Below, piece after piece: positions 45,228-54,604 of a DNA stretch of 64,000 nucleotides; position 1 is the first letter of the stretch; every line of letters starts with the position of its first letter. Under the pieces are notes generated by a model that was not told the origin of the DNA, did no database searches, and was given only the letters and a program-made list of their open reading frames with translations. The stretch is from Phycisphaerae bacterium (GTDB lineage: Bacteria; Planctomycetota; Phycisphaerae; UBA1845): the NCBI GenBank assembly GCA_963666835.2, contig CAXXGO010000003.1, forward strand, positions 448,001-512,000, in the 5' to 3' direction. The translations under genes and the position numbers were made by a program.

Positions 45228-45754
45228 TCAGCGAGCGGCGATATTCGGAAAGCGCCCCGCGGAATGCAACCGGCCCATCGTCAGGTAAGCTTTGCACGAC
45301 ATGATCAATCGTCGCCAGATCGTCCTCGCTTACCTCGCGAACCACTCTCCCGGGCGCGCCCATGACAACCACGCCGTCGGGTATCACACTCTTAGGCGGG
45401 AGCAACGCGGCCGCCGCAATGATGCAGTGACTTCCGATTTCACAATCGTCGAGAACGACGGCCCCGGTGCCAATCAAAGTGCGTGACCCGATCCGCCGGC
45501 CGTGTACGACCGCTCGATGCCCCGATGCCGACATCTTCTCCGATGTCCAGAGGAGTATCGTGCGGCGTGTGGACTACCGTTCCGTCCTGGACGTTGACTC
45601 TTCGGCCGATCCGAATCGGGGCAAGATCGCCCCGGACCACGACATGATGCATCACGGTGACTTGATCGCCCAGATTGACGTCTCCTCCGACGTAGGCGGT
45701 CGGGGCGATGTACACATCGCGTCCCAGCACGGGTTGGATCTTCCGGTCGCTCAT
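45228..45754 (-). pseudogene. Gamma carbonic anhydrase family (hexapeptide repeat) protein, interrupted by two +1 frameshifts (pseudogene or sequencing error)
   Basis: Frames join as ...VRGD..IRIG..VNVQDGTVVH...EDVGIG | HRAVVHG...DHVVQS | YLTMGRLHSAGRFPNIAAR*; extra G at about 45520-45523 and extra T at about 45287-45288. Confidence 0.85.
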
Positions 45755-45855
45755 GGTCACGATTCTAGAAGAAGCGGCGATACAGGTCGATCCCGCTCAC
45801 TCGGAACGCATCGCTCGCCGCTGCTTGCAGGCCGCGGCGCCGGGCGTTACGGTGC

Positions 45856-47721
45856 ATGGCCAATGCCACGCGAGACTCACAGAGGATATCAGCAGTGACG
45901 GGACAGGTGAAGCGACTGGCTGTCCGCGGGCAACGCCTGCGCAATAAGCTAGCCCAGTTGATTACGAAGGTCGGCTTCAAGGAGGAGTACCTTCTCGTTC
46001 TGCTGGCGATCCTCGTCGGCGGCGCCACCGGCCTGTTCGCCGACCTTTTCTACTGGCTGATTGAGTTCGCCCGAGAGGTCGCGTACGGCGACGGCGAACA
46101 TGCGGGTCTCTACGGAGGCCGGCTATGGATGCTGGTTGTCCTACCCACTATCGGGGCTCTGGCGGTTGGACATATCACCTTCTTCTTCGCCCGGGAAGCC
46201 AAAGGGCATGGCGTTCCGGAGGTCATGGACGCGTTGTACCGCAGAAGCGGGGACATTCGCGCCCGGGTGGCCGGAGCCAAAGCGATCGCCAGCGCGTTTA
46301 CCATCGGCTCGGGGGGGTCGGCCGGAACGGAAGGGCCGATCGTCCAAATCGGGGCGGCGATTGGAAGTAGCGTCGGCCGATATCTGCAGATTGAACCTCG
46401 GAGGATGAGCGTAATGGTCGCTTGCGGAGTCTCTGCGGGAATCGCGGCGATCTTCAACGCGCCGATCGCCGGAGTGCTCTTCGCGCTTGAGGTTTTCCTG
46501 AAGGACTTCTCGTTTCGCACGTTCTCTCCGGTCGTGTTCAGCAGCGTCATTAGCTGCTCGGTGATGCATGCTCTGCGCGTTCGAGATGAGGCGATTTTCG
46601 AAGTCCAGACGTTACGGGAGGCGGGGTACCTCTTCCCCGGGATGGAGTTGCCGCTCTTTCTGCTTCTGGGACTGCTGGCCGCGCTGGCTTCGGTGCTGTT
46701 CATCAAATCACTGTATTTCACCGAGGATCTGACTGACCGTATCACGTTCCCCGAAGCCCTCAAACCCGGACTGGGCGCCATCGGGTTGGGGCTTTCCGGC
46801 GCGATTTTCGTCTGGCTGACCAGTTCAAGCACCCCGCCCGAGTTCTTCGGCAACGGTTACCCGGTCATTCAGGCGGCGCTAAGCCAGGACGTCCTCACGT
46901 ACTCCATCGGGGCGTTGGTGGCGTTGTTCTTCCTCAAGATACTGGCAACCTGTCTTACGTTGGGCAGCGGGGGCTCCGGCGGGATCTTCGCTCCGTCGCT
47001 ACTGATGGGGGCGGCACTTGGTGCCGCATTCGGCATGGGGCTTCACCGGATCGGAATCATCGATGAACACAGCGTCAACGCCTACGCACTCGTAGGTATG
47101 GCCGCCTTGGTTGCCGGCACGACCCACGCCCCTTTGACCGCGATCGTCATGTTATACGAGATTACCCGCGAGCCTAAGGTGATCTTGCCGGTAATGTTCG
47201 CCGCAATCGTTGCCACGGCCGGGGCGCAGATGATGCTCCGCGACAGTATATACACCCTGAAGCTGCGCCGGCGCGGCGTGCGCGTCGGCTCGATCACGGA
47301 TCTGACGATTCTGCGGCGGATAACCGTGCGCGATGTTGACTACCAGACCGCCCAGACCGTTCATCCGGAAGATCCGCTGCAAGCGCTGATCGACCTGGCC
47401 GGCAGAACCGATGCTACGGACTTCGTGGTGATCGATGAGTCCGGCACGTACCAGGGGCTCGTTGTCGGTGCCGATGTTCGCACGGCGTTATTACAGCCGG
47501 AGGCGGTATCGCTGCTGGTTGTAGCGGAACTGCTCCGGGCGAACGTGCCGATCGTCTATCCGAACGAGACTCTGGACGTGGTCCTCGACAAATTCGCCCG
47601 TAGCGATACCGCATCGTTGCCGGTCGGCGGGCTGGACGATTCCTCCCACATTCGAGGTCTGATCTCCCGCCGGGCCGTGATGCAGCGCTACCAACAAGAA
47701 CTTGATCGACAGAGCAGGTGA
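45856..47721 (+). CDS. CLC family chloride channel / Cl-/H+ antiporter with a CBS pair
   Basis: GHGVPEV, GGSAGTEGP, FNAPIAG, GGIFAP; C-terminal CBS domains. Confidence 0.95.
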   Translation: MANATRDSQRISAVTGQVKRLAVRGQRLRNKLAQLITKVGFKEEYLLVLLAILVGGATGLFADLFYWLIEFAREVAYGDGEHAGLYGGRLWMLVVLPTIGALAVGHITFFFAREAKGHGVPEVMDALYRRSGDIRARVAGAKAIASAFTIGSGGSAGTEGPIVQIGAAIGSSVGRYLQIEPRRMSVMVACGVSAGIAAIFNAPIAGVLFALEVFLKDFSFRTFSPVVFSSVISCSVMHALRVRDEAIFEVQTLREAGYLFPGMELPLFLLLGLLAALASVLFIKSLYFTEDLTDRITFPEALKPGLGAIGLGLSGAIFVWLTSSSTPPEFFGNGYPVIQAALSQDVLTYSIGALVALFFLKILATCLTLGSGGSGGIFAPSLLMGAALGAAFGMGLHRIGIIDEHSVNAYALVGMAALVAGTTHAPLTAIVMLYEITREPKVILPVMFAAIVATAGAQMMLRDSIYTLKLRRRGVRVGSITDLTILRRITVRDVDYQTAQTVHPEDPLQALIDLAGRTDATDFVVIDESGTYQGLVVGADVRTALLQPEAVSLLVVAELLRANVPIVYPNETLDVVLDKFARSDTASLPVGGLDDSSHIRGLISRRAVMQRYQQELDRQSR

Positions 47722-47815
47722 CCGGGCACAGGCCCCCGACCGGCGTAACGCCGCTGATGGGAACCTGTGCCCGGTGCCAGCGCTTGTTCTGCACACTTCC
47801 GGCTTCCAGTGCTTT

Positions 47816-47915
47816 GTCACACGTGAAGGTCCGGGGTCAATCCGCAACGTGCCCCGCCCCGGCACTGCTCAAGAGCAGTGGCACGCCTGAAAACCCGGGT
47901 GTCACTTACCACTAG
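47816..47915 (+). repeat. About 100-bp REP-like element, copy 1 (core CACTGCTC-AA-GAGCAGTG)
   Basis: Aligns along its length with 57595-57694; core palindrome at 47863-47880. Confidence 0.8.
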
Positions 47916-49327
47916 TTGCAGGTGCAGAATTCGAGGAGATCCTCGCCGCTTCGGCAGCCGGGATCGTTGCCCATGATCCTCATGTACTCACTTATCGCGA
48001 AGGCATCCTCATCATCAACATCGCAGTCGCCATCCACGTCAAGGCGCGTGGTTCCGCAGAGCGGATGGCCCGGCGTATCGATGAAGCCGCCGTACATCCC
48101 GTAGAGGACCAACGTTTGTGAACTGTAGTCGCAGACATCGTCATCATTCAGTACGCCGTCGTTGTCGATGTCCGGGTCGCACGCGTCGCCGAGCGTATCT
48201 CCGTTCCACTCATCGCAGTTGAGCTGATCCGCGTTGGGCACGTCCGGGCAGTTGTCGACGTCACCGCAGACCCCGTCCTCATCGATATCGTCGTCCGGAT
48301 CGTACGGGCAGGCATCGCAGACGTCGCCCGCGCCGTCCTCGTCGGTGTCCAGTTGGTCCGCGTTTGCATCATCAGGGCAGTTATCGCACACGTCGCCGAC
48401 CCCGTCGAGATCAGCATCCGCCTGGTCGGCGTTCGCCAATTCGGGGCAGTTATCACAAACGTCGCCCACCCCGTCGATGTCGTAATCACCCTGCATCTGG
48501 TTGGGGTCGTTCGGGCAGTTGTCACAGACGTCGCCGTAACCGTCGAAGTCTGCGTCGGCCTGATCGGGATTCGCAATCGCCGAGCAATTGTCACACAGGT
48601 CACCCCAGCCGTCGTCGTCACCGTCAATCTGCTCGATGTTAATCACTTCAACGCAATTATCGCATCCGTCACAGACGCCGTCCCCGTCGTTGTCAGGATC
48701 CAGATCGCCGTCCGAATCGCAGACCAGCCCGACGCCCATCCAATCCCCGTCGCAACAGATGTCGACGGTCTCGCGGCTCGAGATGCCGTCGCAGCAGAGT
48801 CCCTCCTCCGTCGGACAAACCGAGCCGGTTCCTGCCGGTACCCCGCCGAAAGCCGTGCAGCACCCCGGCGGAAGATCGTCGCAACTGCCGTCGGGCAGGC
48901 AGCACGCTTCCAGAACCCCACAATCCGACCCGGAACCACCCGCGGTGCCGCCCAGGTCATCACAGCAGATTCCGTCGGAGTAGATGCACGTGCCGTCAGG
49001 CATGCAGCAAGCCTGCGTCCCCTGGCACCTCGTGTTGGTTCCCTGAGAAGTGCAGGGCAGGTCGGGAATGGTCCCACCGTCCTTGAGATCTGGAAACTCG
49101 TGGTGTTGAATCAAACAGCACGAGATGCTGTGCGGAGGCGCCCAGTCCTCACAGCAGGAACCCTGGTCAAAACAGACGGCTGTCGGTATCGGCGGCGGGG
49201 TCGGGTCACCGGTAAGACTACCAGCAAAAGCAGTACCGGCGACAAACAACGCGGCCAGAGCCATCATCGCCGCCATTACACGGTACTGCCGCCGGCTTAC
49301 ACCGCTCCGGTTAGAAGCTGCAGACAT
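47912..49327 (-). CDS. Secreted Cys-rich protein with thrombospondin type 3 repeats
   Basis: GGGAG RBS before ATG 49327; signal peptide; ACCxPDGxC repeats; tandem DxDxDGxGDxCDNCPxxxNxDQ repeats. Confidence 0.9.
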   Translation of the reverse strand: MSAASNRSGVSRRQYRVMAAMMALAALFVAGTAFAGSLTGDPTPPPIPTAVCFDQGSCCEDWAPPHSISCCLIQHHEFPDLKDGGTIPDLPCTSQGTNTRCQGTQACCMPDGTCIYSDGICCDDLGGTAGGSGSDCGVLEACCLPDGSCDDLPPGCCTAFGGVPAGTGSVCPTEEGLCCDGISSRETVDICCDGDWMGVGLVCDSDGDLDPDNDGDGVCDGCDNCVEVINIEQIDGDDDGWGDLCDNCSAIANPDQADADFDGYGDVCDNCPNDPNQMQGDYDIDGVGDVCDNCPELANADQADADLDGVGDVCDNCPDDANADQLDTDEDGAGDVCDACPYDPDDDIDEDGVCGDVDNCPDVPNADQLNCDEWNGDTLGDACDPDIDNDGVLNDDDVCDYSSQTLVLYGMYGGFIDTPGHPLCGTTRLDVDGDCDVDDEDAFAISEYMRIMGNDPGCRSGEDLLEFCTCN

Positions 49328-49765
49328 TTTGATTCTCCCTTCTCGTAACATAAGAAACTGCCTCCACGAACGTCCGAACGCCCGAGAGATTGGACTGAGA
49401 CTGAGCCGTTGAACGTGTACCCGCGACGCCACGGCACTACCCGCGGGGTATGACGCCAACGCCCTCGCTCCACCGCGCAGACTCGCCGCGATGGACGGCC
49501 GCGAACAACGGATTCGCTCGCGACGCTACTATCCAATGGGGTAAGCGAGAAAGAGCGACGAACTGGTCAAAGGAATCCACCCACGAGCACGGCAAACCTA
49601 CTCCCCGTCGCCTGGCGCTCGCCGGCATTCACCTGTCTAGCCTACAACGATTCAACGGCGGCCGAGCCTTAGGTCGGAATACGCTTTGTTCGGGATCGGC
49701 GTTCGGGTACAATGCGCTCGGAGGAGCGGCACATTGGATGAGATGCAATCTGAGAGGGGCGCCCT

Positions 49766-50335
49766 ATGAGCGGACACACGGTGGCGACCCGGAGCACGGC
49801 TGAGCAGGCGGCGGCTTTCACCAGGCAGGCGGTGGATAGCTGGTTTCCGTCCATCTACGATTGCCTCCGAGACATCGCTCGGCGGCGGTTGATGCACGAG
49901 GCGCCGGGCCACACCCTTCAGCCCACTGCCCTGGTCAATGACGCATACGTGCGGCTTGTCGAGTATGACCACGATCGCTGGAATGGCCGGGCTCATTTCC
50001 TGGCCGTGGCGGCACGAATCCTCCGCGAGGTCCTGGTCGATCACGCCCGCCGGCGAGCGGCAGCCAAGCGCGGCAAGGGTTGGTGCCGCGTCGCGCTTAG
50101 CGAAGGGATCGGCGCCGCCGACGCAGATACTGTCAGTATTATGGCACTGGATGACGCTTTGACCAGGCTGGCTCGCGATCATGGGCGTGCGGCCCGTATT
50201 GTGGAACTTCGCTTTTTCAGCGGGATGACGATCGAGGAAACCGCGCGCGTGCTCGATGTTTCCCCGGGAACGGTAAAAGCCGATTGGCGCTTCGCGCGAG
50301 CGTGGCTCAACAACGAGCTGGATCAGTTTGCGTAG
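49766..50335 (+). CDS. ECF sigma factor, planctomycete-expanded type (TIGR02999-like)
   Basis: HTLQPTALVNDAYVRL, HFLAVAARILREVLVDHAR..AAKRG, VELRFFSG, DWRFARAWL. Confidence 0.93.
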   Translation: MSGHTVATRSTAEQAAAFTRQAVDSWFPSIYDCLRDIARRRLMHEAPGHTLQPTALVNDAYVRLVEYDHDRWNGRAHFLAVAARILREVLVDHARRRAAAKRGKGWCRVALSEGIGAADADTVSIMALDDALTRLARDHGRAARIVELRFFSGMTIEETARVLDVSPGTVKADWRFARAWLNNELDQFA

Positions 50336-50445
50336 TGGTGTACGGGCTGTCGGGCACATAGCCCCGGGGGAAGCCAAACGGAACCCGTAATTGCGGTCAC
50401 GATCGAGGGACGAGGCCTGCCATCGCCGTCGCGCGTATGGGGAAT

Positions 50446-50548
50446 AGGTGCCAGGTTGGTTTGGCGGATGGCTGGAGAGTCATTCTGATAGCTTCTTCCT
50501 CGCGTCGCGCTGTTGCGGCAGGTCTCGTACCTCGACCTGCCCTACATC
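50446..50548 (+). repeat. Composite REP-like element, copy A
   Basis: Near-direct repeat of 51785-51893; contains a degenerate GTGTCAGG..GGATGG..CTGACA palindrome plus GTAG-GGCAGGTC..GACCTGCC on the minus strand. Confidence 0.8.
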
Positions 50549-50671
50549 CTTTGCCGTGTTTGAATCTGAGACGGCTGTTCGGTATATTGATATGCTCATC
50601 TTCCACGCGGCTCGGTCGGGGCTTCGTTGTCCTGCCGGCTGTGCGGTGTCGACAGTCTGGGAGGTAATGAC

Positions 50672-51241
50672 ATGTTGCGTATCGGTTGTGTGCTCGTTGC
50701 GGTGGCGTCGTTCTTCTTCAGCGTGGAAGCGAATGCCGGGCTTGTTGTGGTACTCAGCGGTACCGCATCGGAGAAGATGGACCTGGGGTTCACGGTGGAG
50801 CCTATCGGATCTACCTACGGTCACGCACCGCTGGGACATGGCAAGCCTAAACCAGTCGCACGTTCCTCGGTTGCGCTATCGCCCGGGCAGAGCGCGCGCA
50901 CTGTGCGCGATGCAATGGCTGAGACTCCTCTTTCCATGTGGTTCAACCGCGTGACGGTCGGCGCACGCCCCGCCATCTACATGGAGTTAGATGGGGGCGT
51001 GTCAGAGTTCTGGATTAACATGGATGGTGGCTCTAATAGCGAGTGCGTGCTGGTCGAACCCGGCTACCCTGGTGTGACTGTCGGTGGGATCACGTTTACG
51101 ACGTGGCTCACTGATTTGGGGCCATACCCGTTCATAGCCGAACCGACTACACTCTCCGGCCTCGACATCATAATCGTGGGTCTCGCGGCTGTCGGCGGTA
51201 TCGTGTTCGGTCGGTCAAAAGATAGGGGGGTTGCGGCTTAA
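50672..51241 (+). CDS. Secreted protein with a C-terminal TM anchor
   Basis: GGAGGT RBS before ATG 50672; signal peptide ending ANA; C-terminal EPTTLSG + hydrophobic helix + RSKDR. Confidence 0.7.
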   Translation: MLRIGCVLVAVASFFFSVEANAGLVVVLSGTASEKMDLGFTVEPIGSTYGHAPLGHGKPKPVARSSVALSPGQSARTVRDAMAETPLSMWFNRVTVGARPAIYMELDGGVSEFWINMDGGSNSECVLVEPGYPGVTVGGITFTTWLTDLGPYPFIAEPTTLSGLDIIIVGLAAVGGIVFGRSKDRGVAA

Positions 51242-51259
51242 GGATGGCAGACACAAAGG

Positions 51260-51316
51260 GAGAAGACGTCGGGATGCTCTGCTAGCCATCCGGAGAATCA
51301 TCCTGACACGTTTTCT
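51260..51316 (-). repeat. Inverted partial copy of the composite REP-like element
   Basis: Reverse complement GTGTCAGGATGATTCTCCGGATGGCTAGCAGAGCATCCCGAC matches 51787-51828. Confidence 0.7.
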
Positions 51317-51327
51317 GACCTGCGCAT

Positions 51328-51702
51328 ATGAATCCCGAACAGCAGTACAAATCGCTGGTTGAAAGCCTGCGGCTGGTCGCCGCCCCGAAGGAACAGCAGG
51401 TGTCCGCATTGCCGGACTTCGTTGTTGTGACAGATGAGGTTGCCATGACCTTTGGCGATGCCTTCTTGTTGGCGCCGCAGCTTGTTCGTGGTGGGCTTGT
51501 CACGGATGAAGCCTTCCAAGCGCTTGCCCGGCTCGATGAGTGGTTGGAGAGAATGCCGACCGACGGATCAATATCGAGTCTCCACTCGCTCGAGAACCAC
51601 CCATTCTGGCGCCGGTCGAGAGAACTCGCCACAAACGCGCTGTTCCAGCTAAAGGAGTCGCTGGGGCCGCCGGACTTGAGTCACATCTTCTGGACACAGT
51701 AA
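51328..51702 (+). CDS. Small all-helical hypothetical protein (immunity-protein-like)
   Basis: 124 aa; L..VAAP.EQQ...DE.A..F...LENHPFW...RELA pattern; function is inferred only. Confidence 0.65.
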   Translation: MNPEQQYKSLVESLRLVAAPKEQQVSALPDFVVVTDEVAMTFGDAFLLAPQLVRGGLVTDEAFQALARLDEWLERMPTDGSISSLHSLENHPFWRRSRELATNALFQLKESLGPPDLSHIFWTQ

Positions 51703-51784
51703 TACGGCGACTTCGCTACGAAGAAACCAGACAGCCTTCTGCGAGCGAGACTTTGGGGATCGAAGTACTGCCCTGGTAAGGAGA

Positions 51785-51893
51785 AGGTGTCAGGTTGATT
51801 CTGCGGATGGCCGGAGAATCATCCCGACAGCCCTTCCCTTCCTCGCGTCGCGCGCTGTTGCGGCAGGTCTCGTACCTCGACCTGCCCTACATC
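51785..51893 (+). repeat. Composite REP-like element, copy B
   Basis: AGGTGTCAGGTTGATTCT..AGAATCATCCCGACAG palindrome followed by TGTTGCGGCAGGTCTCGTACCTCGACCTGCCCTACATC, the latter identical to copy A. Confidence 0.8.
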
Positions 51894-51928
51894 GAATGCC
51901 ACGTTTGTGGCATGCGCGCGCTTCGATT

Positions 51929-51982
51929 CTGCACTGCTCAAGAGCAGTGGCACACGCGAGAATACCTGTCACGTAGCGCTAG
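51929..51982 (+). repeat. REP-like element, truncated copy (core CACTGCTC-AA-GAGCAGTG)
   Basis: Core palindrome at 51932-51949 followed by GCACAC, as at 47863 and 57642. Confidence 0.8.
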
Positions 51983-54417
51983 CCATCACGATCGCTCCGC
52001 GGATTCTCGTTCGGTCGTGCTGGAGCGAGAATGAGCCAAGCGGCCGATACGGTCTTCAGCGCCGCCAGGAAGACGGCGCAGACGACGATACCGAACACCG
52101 GCACCAGAAGGACTCCTCCAACCAACGCCCCCAGACATGCCCCGGCATGGTCCGCGACAACGACGCGCCCCGCGGCCGTGCCGCGGTGGCCGCTCAGCCC
52201 GTACTGGATGCCGCCGGCCAGCGCAAATGTCGCTCCGCCCAGAACGCCGGTCAGCGCCACCATCGCCACTATGCACGATTCCACCAACGCAAACGTGGTC
52301 GGGTTGCTCTGCAAGGCGGCAAGGGCCGGCAGGACTGCGGGCACACTCGCTGACAGCCCCACCAGGGCAAGATCCACCGCAATAAGGCGGCTCCGGTAGT
52401 TCGTAACGCCCGTGCCGTTGCGTCCGACGCGCCTTCCGGCCAACCAGCATCCAACCACCAAACCACCCATGAACACGGCCACGATCCAACCGATTCGCTG
52501 ATAGACGTATCCATAGAGAGTCTGGAACGCAAACAGCCAGACGACGCTCAGCGCCATGGTCACGAAACCCGTGGTCCCCACCGATAGGCAGACGGTCGCC
52601 CGGGCAAACCGGAGCCCGCGCCCGATCCGGTCGTCGCCCCGGCGGCCTCCTAAGCCGGGGCTGACAGACCCCTGTACCAGCGGCAGAATCCCCGCAAAGC
52701 CCAAGGCGACAAGAAGCCATCGCCAACTGACGGAGCAGAGCCCGGCAATCACGCCCTCCGTTCCTCCGGAGGCCACTTGCTCCCACAGAGCCAGTCGCTT
52801 TAAGAAGATGAGCGGCCTTAAGTCCGTGCTGACCTCGATGTCGCCCACTGCATCCAACTCCGCCCGGCGCTGCGCTACTTTGCGTTCATCAAGCCAGTCC
52901 ACGGCCCCGTCGAACCACGCGGGATCGAACAACTCCGACCGGACCGCGCGCTCGCCGTACCTGCGAGACAGCTCCCGTGGATCGGTGGTTACCAGACCGG
53001 GTCCCGTGGCAGCAAAGATGTGCGCAGGATTCCCCCAGGAGACAGTCACCTGATCGAAGTGCCTTCCCAACGACATCCGGACCATCGCCAGGTACTCGGC
53101 AGAGACCGCAAACAACTGCCCGGGACCGGCCGCGACCGTCAGGCAAAGAACCGATCGAGGGGTCATAGCCCGGCCAAGCTCACCGAAGAACTCGTCACTG
53201 AGCAGGCGAGCACGCATGGCGGAGGTTGGCTCCGGCAGGCGTGCGATTACCAGATCGAACCTGTCCCGCTGGGTCTTCACGTAATGCCGAGCATCGCGGT
53301 GGTGTACGGTCACACGCTCATCCAACAGTGCAAGGTGGTCCTGCTTGGCCAGGTATGGATCAATCAGCTCAATAAGGCGGTCATCCGCCTCCACATAGTC
53401 CACCGTAACAACCGGATGCTGAAGCACGTTGGCCAGCAGTCCCTCCGCCCCTCCTCCGAGAACCAGGACGTTCTGCGGCGCCGGATGTTGGCACATCCAG
53501 AAATGAGCCAGCGGCACAAACGTGTAGGGATCGGGGAAGTCCGCCGACACTTGCCCGTCACAGTACAACGTGTACTGCTCGGCGAGACGCCCCACGGCGA
53601 GATTCTGGTACTTCGTTTCCGCCTCGGCACACAGCTCGTATTCCGGGGCAATCTCTCGCCACCGCCGCTCAACCAGACTGCGGTTCAAACCCTCCCCGAC
53701 CATCGCCGCGGTCACCAATAGCCAGCCTGCAATCAAGGCGAGCCCTGCCGAACCAAGGGACCGGAGTTTCAGCGCCGAAAGAAAACCCGCGGAGGCGAAG
53801 AGCGTCAAAGCCGCGCAACCCATCACGGTTTGCACCGGATTGAGGTGCTCCACCGCCCAGAACGTAAAGACCGCGCCGCCGATCAAGCTGCCCAATGATT
53901 CGAGCGCGTAAACTCTCCCCAGCGCCCTCGAACCCTCCCGCAAGCTCATTCCAGTGCGATCTTCTTCAAGAGCCCCCGGCGACCCACTCCGCCCCGCGCA
54001 GCACGCCAGGGGGAAGGCCGCACCGACAAGCGCTCCCGCCGGTGACGCCAAGACAACCGCCGCGAGGGCACTGAGCGGTAGAGGCAAGAACTCCCCGGGG
54101 CCGACGCCGAACCACGCCCGCGCTCCTCGGAACAACCACAACTCGACTCCGGTCGCCACGCTCAGCGAAACAAGCACCGTAACCAGAGCGACATCAGCCC
54201 GCCGGGTATGCCGCGACACCACTCCGCCGAGCGCGCCTCCGGCCGCCACGCCAAGAAGCCACGCGAACAGAACCAGCCCCCACGCAAGCTCGCTCCCGAA
54301 CATCAGAACTAGGGCCTCACGAATGAGCAACGACTGGATCACAATCGCCTGGACGCCCCAGGCCACGACGAGCAGGCCCAACCACACCCGACATCCGGGC
54401 GTTCTTCCGGAGAGCAT
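51979..54417 (-). CDS. Fused MFS-like membrane / spermidine-synthase-like (SAM-binding) protein
   Basis: Multi-TM N- and C-regions; ETKYQNL, VLVLGGGAEG, DARHYV, FDLVI; start uncertain. Confidence 0.85.
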   Translation of the reverse strand: MLSGRTPGCRVWLGLLVVAWGVQAIVIQSLLIREALVLMFGSELAWGLVLFAWLLGVAAGGALGGVVSRHTRRADVALVTVLVSLSVATGVELWLFRGARAWFGVGPGEFLPLPLSALAAVVLASPAGALVGAAFPLACCAGRSGSPGALEEDRTGMSLREGSRALGRVYALESLGSLIGGAVFTFWAVEHLNPVQTVMGCAALTLFASAGFLSALKLRSLGSAGLALIAGWLLVTAAMVGEGLNRSLVERRWREIAPEYELCAEAETKYQNLAVGRLAEQYTLYCDGQVSADFPDPYTFVPLAHFWMCQHPAPQNVLVLGGGAEGLLANVLQHPVVTVDYVEADDRLIELIDPYLAKQDHLALLDERVTVHHRDARHYVKTQRDRFDLVIARLPEPTSAMRARLLSDEFFGELGRAMTPRSVLCLTVAAGPGQLFAVSAEYLAMVRMSLGRHFDQVTVSWGNPAHIFAATGPGLVTTDPRELSRRYGERAVRSELFDPAWFDGAVDWLDERKVAQRRAELDAVGDIEVSTDLRPLIFLKRLALWEQVASGGTEGVIAGLCSVSWRWLLVALGFAGILPLVQGSVSPGLGGRRGDDRIGRGLRFARATVCLSVGTTGFVTMALSVVWLFAFQTLYGYVYQRIGWIVAVFMGGLVVGCWLAGRRVGRNGTGVTNYRSRLIAVDLALVGLSASVPAVLPALAALQSNPTTFALVESCIVAMVALTGVLGGATFALAGGIQYGLSGHRGTAAGRVVVADHAGACLGALVGGVLLVPVFGIVVCAVFLAALKTVSAAWLILAPARPNENPRSDRDG

Positions 54418-54604
54418 CTGCGATTCTGCGGCTGCGGGCACGGGGTTCCGTCCTTTATCGACACCGACAGTGTCCGCGTATACTATCATCCCCGTCCTGG
54501 AAAGACACGGCCCACCCGAGGTCCTGCCGAGACTTTGTCCCGTCGGGTGTATCCTTCACGGCAGCGGCCGGAGTGCTCGTTTCCACGGCGTAAGTGGTGA
54601 TCGG

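Noticed and set aside
45228..45754. Programmed ribosomal frameshifting in the gamma-CA gene
   Set aside because: Two independent +1 events would be needed, with no slippery heptamer or stimulatory structure; error or decay is simpler
48130..48720. Tandem DNA repeats in the TSP3 gene (also 36060-36360 and 12640-12900)
   Set aside because: Explained by protein-level Ca-binding repeats with synonymous divergence
53954..54604. N-terminal 217 aa of the 582-aa track ORF
   Set aside because: Overlaps the opposite-strand spermidine-synthase-like gene; the Tat signal marks the real start at 54605
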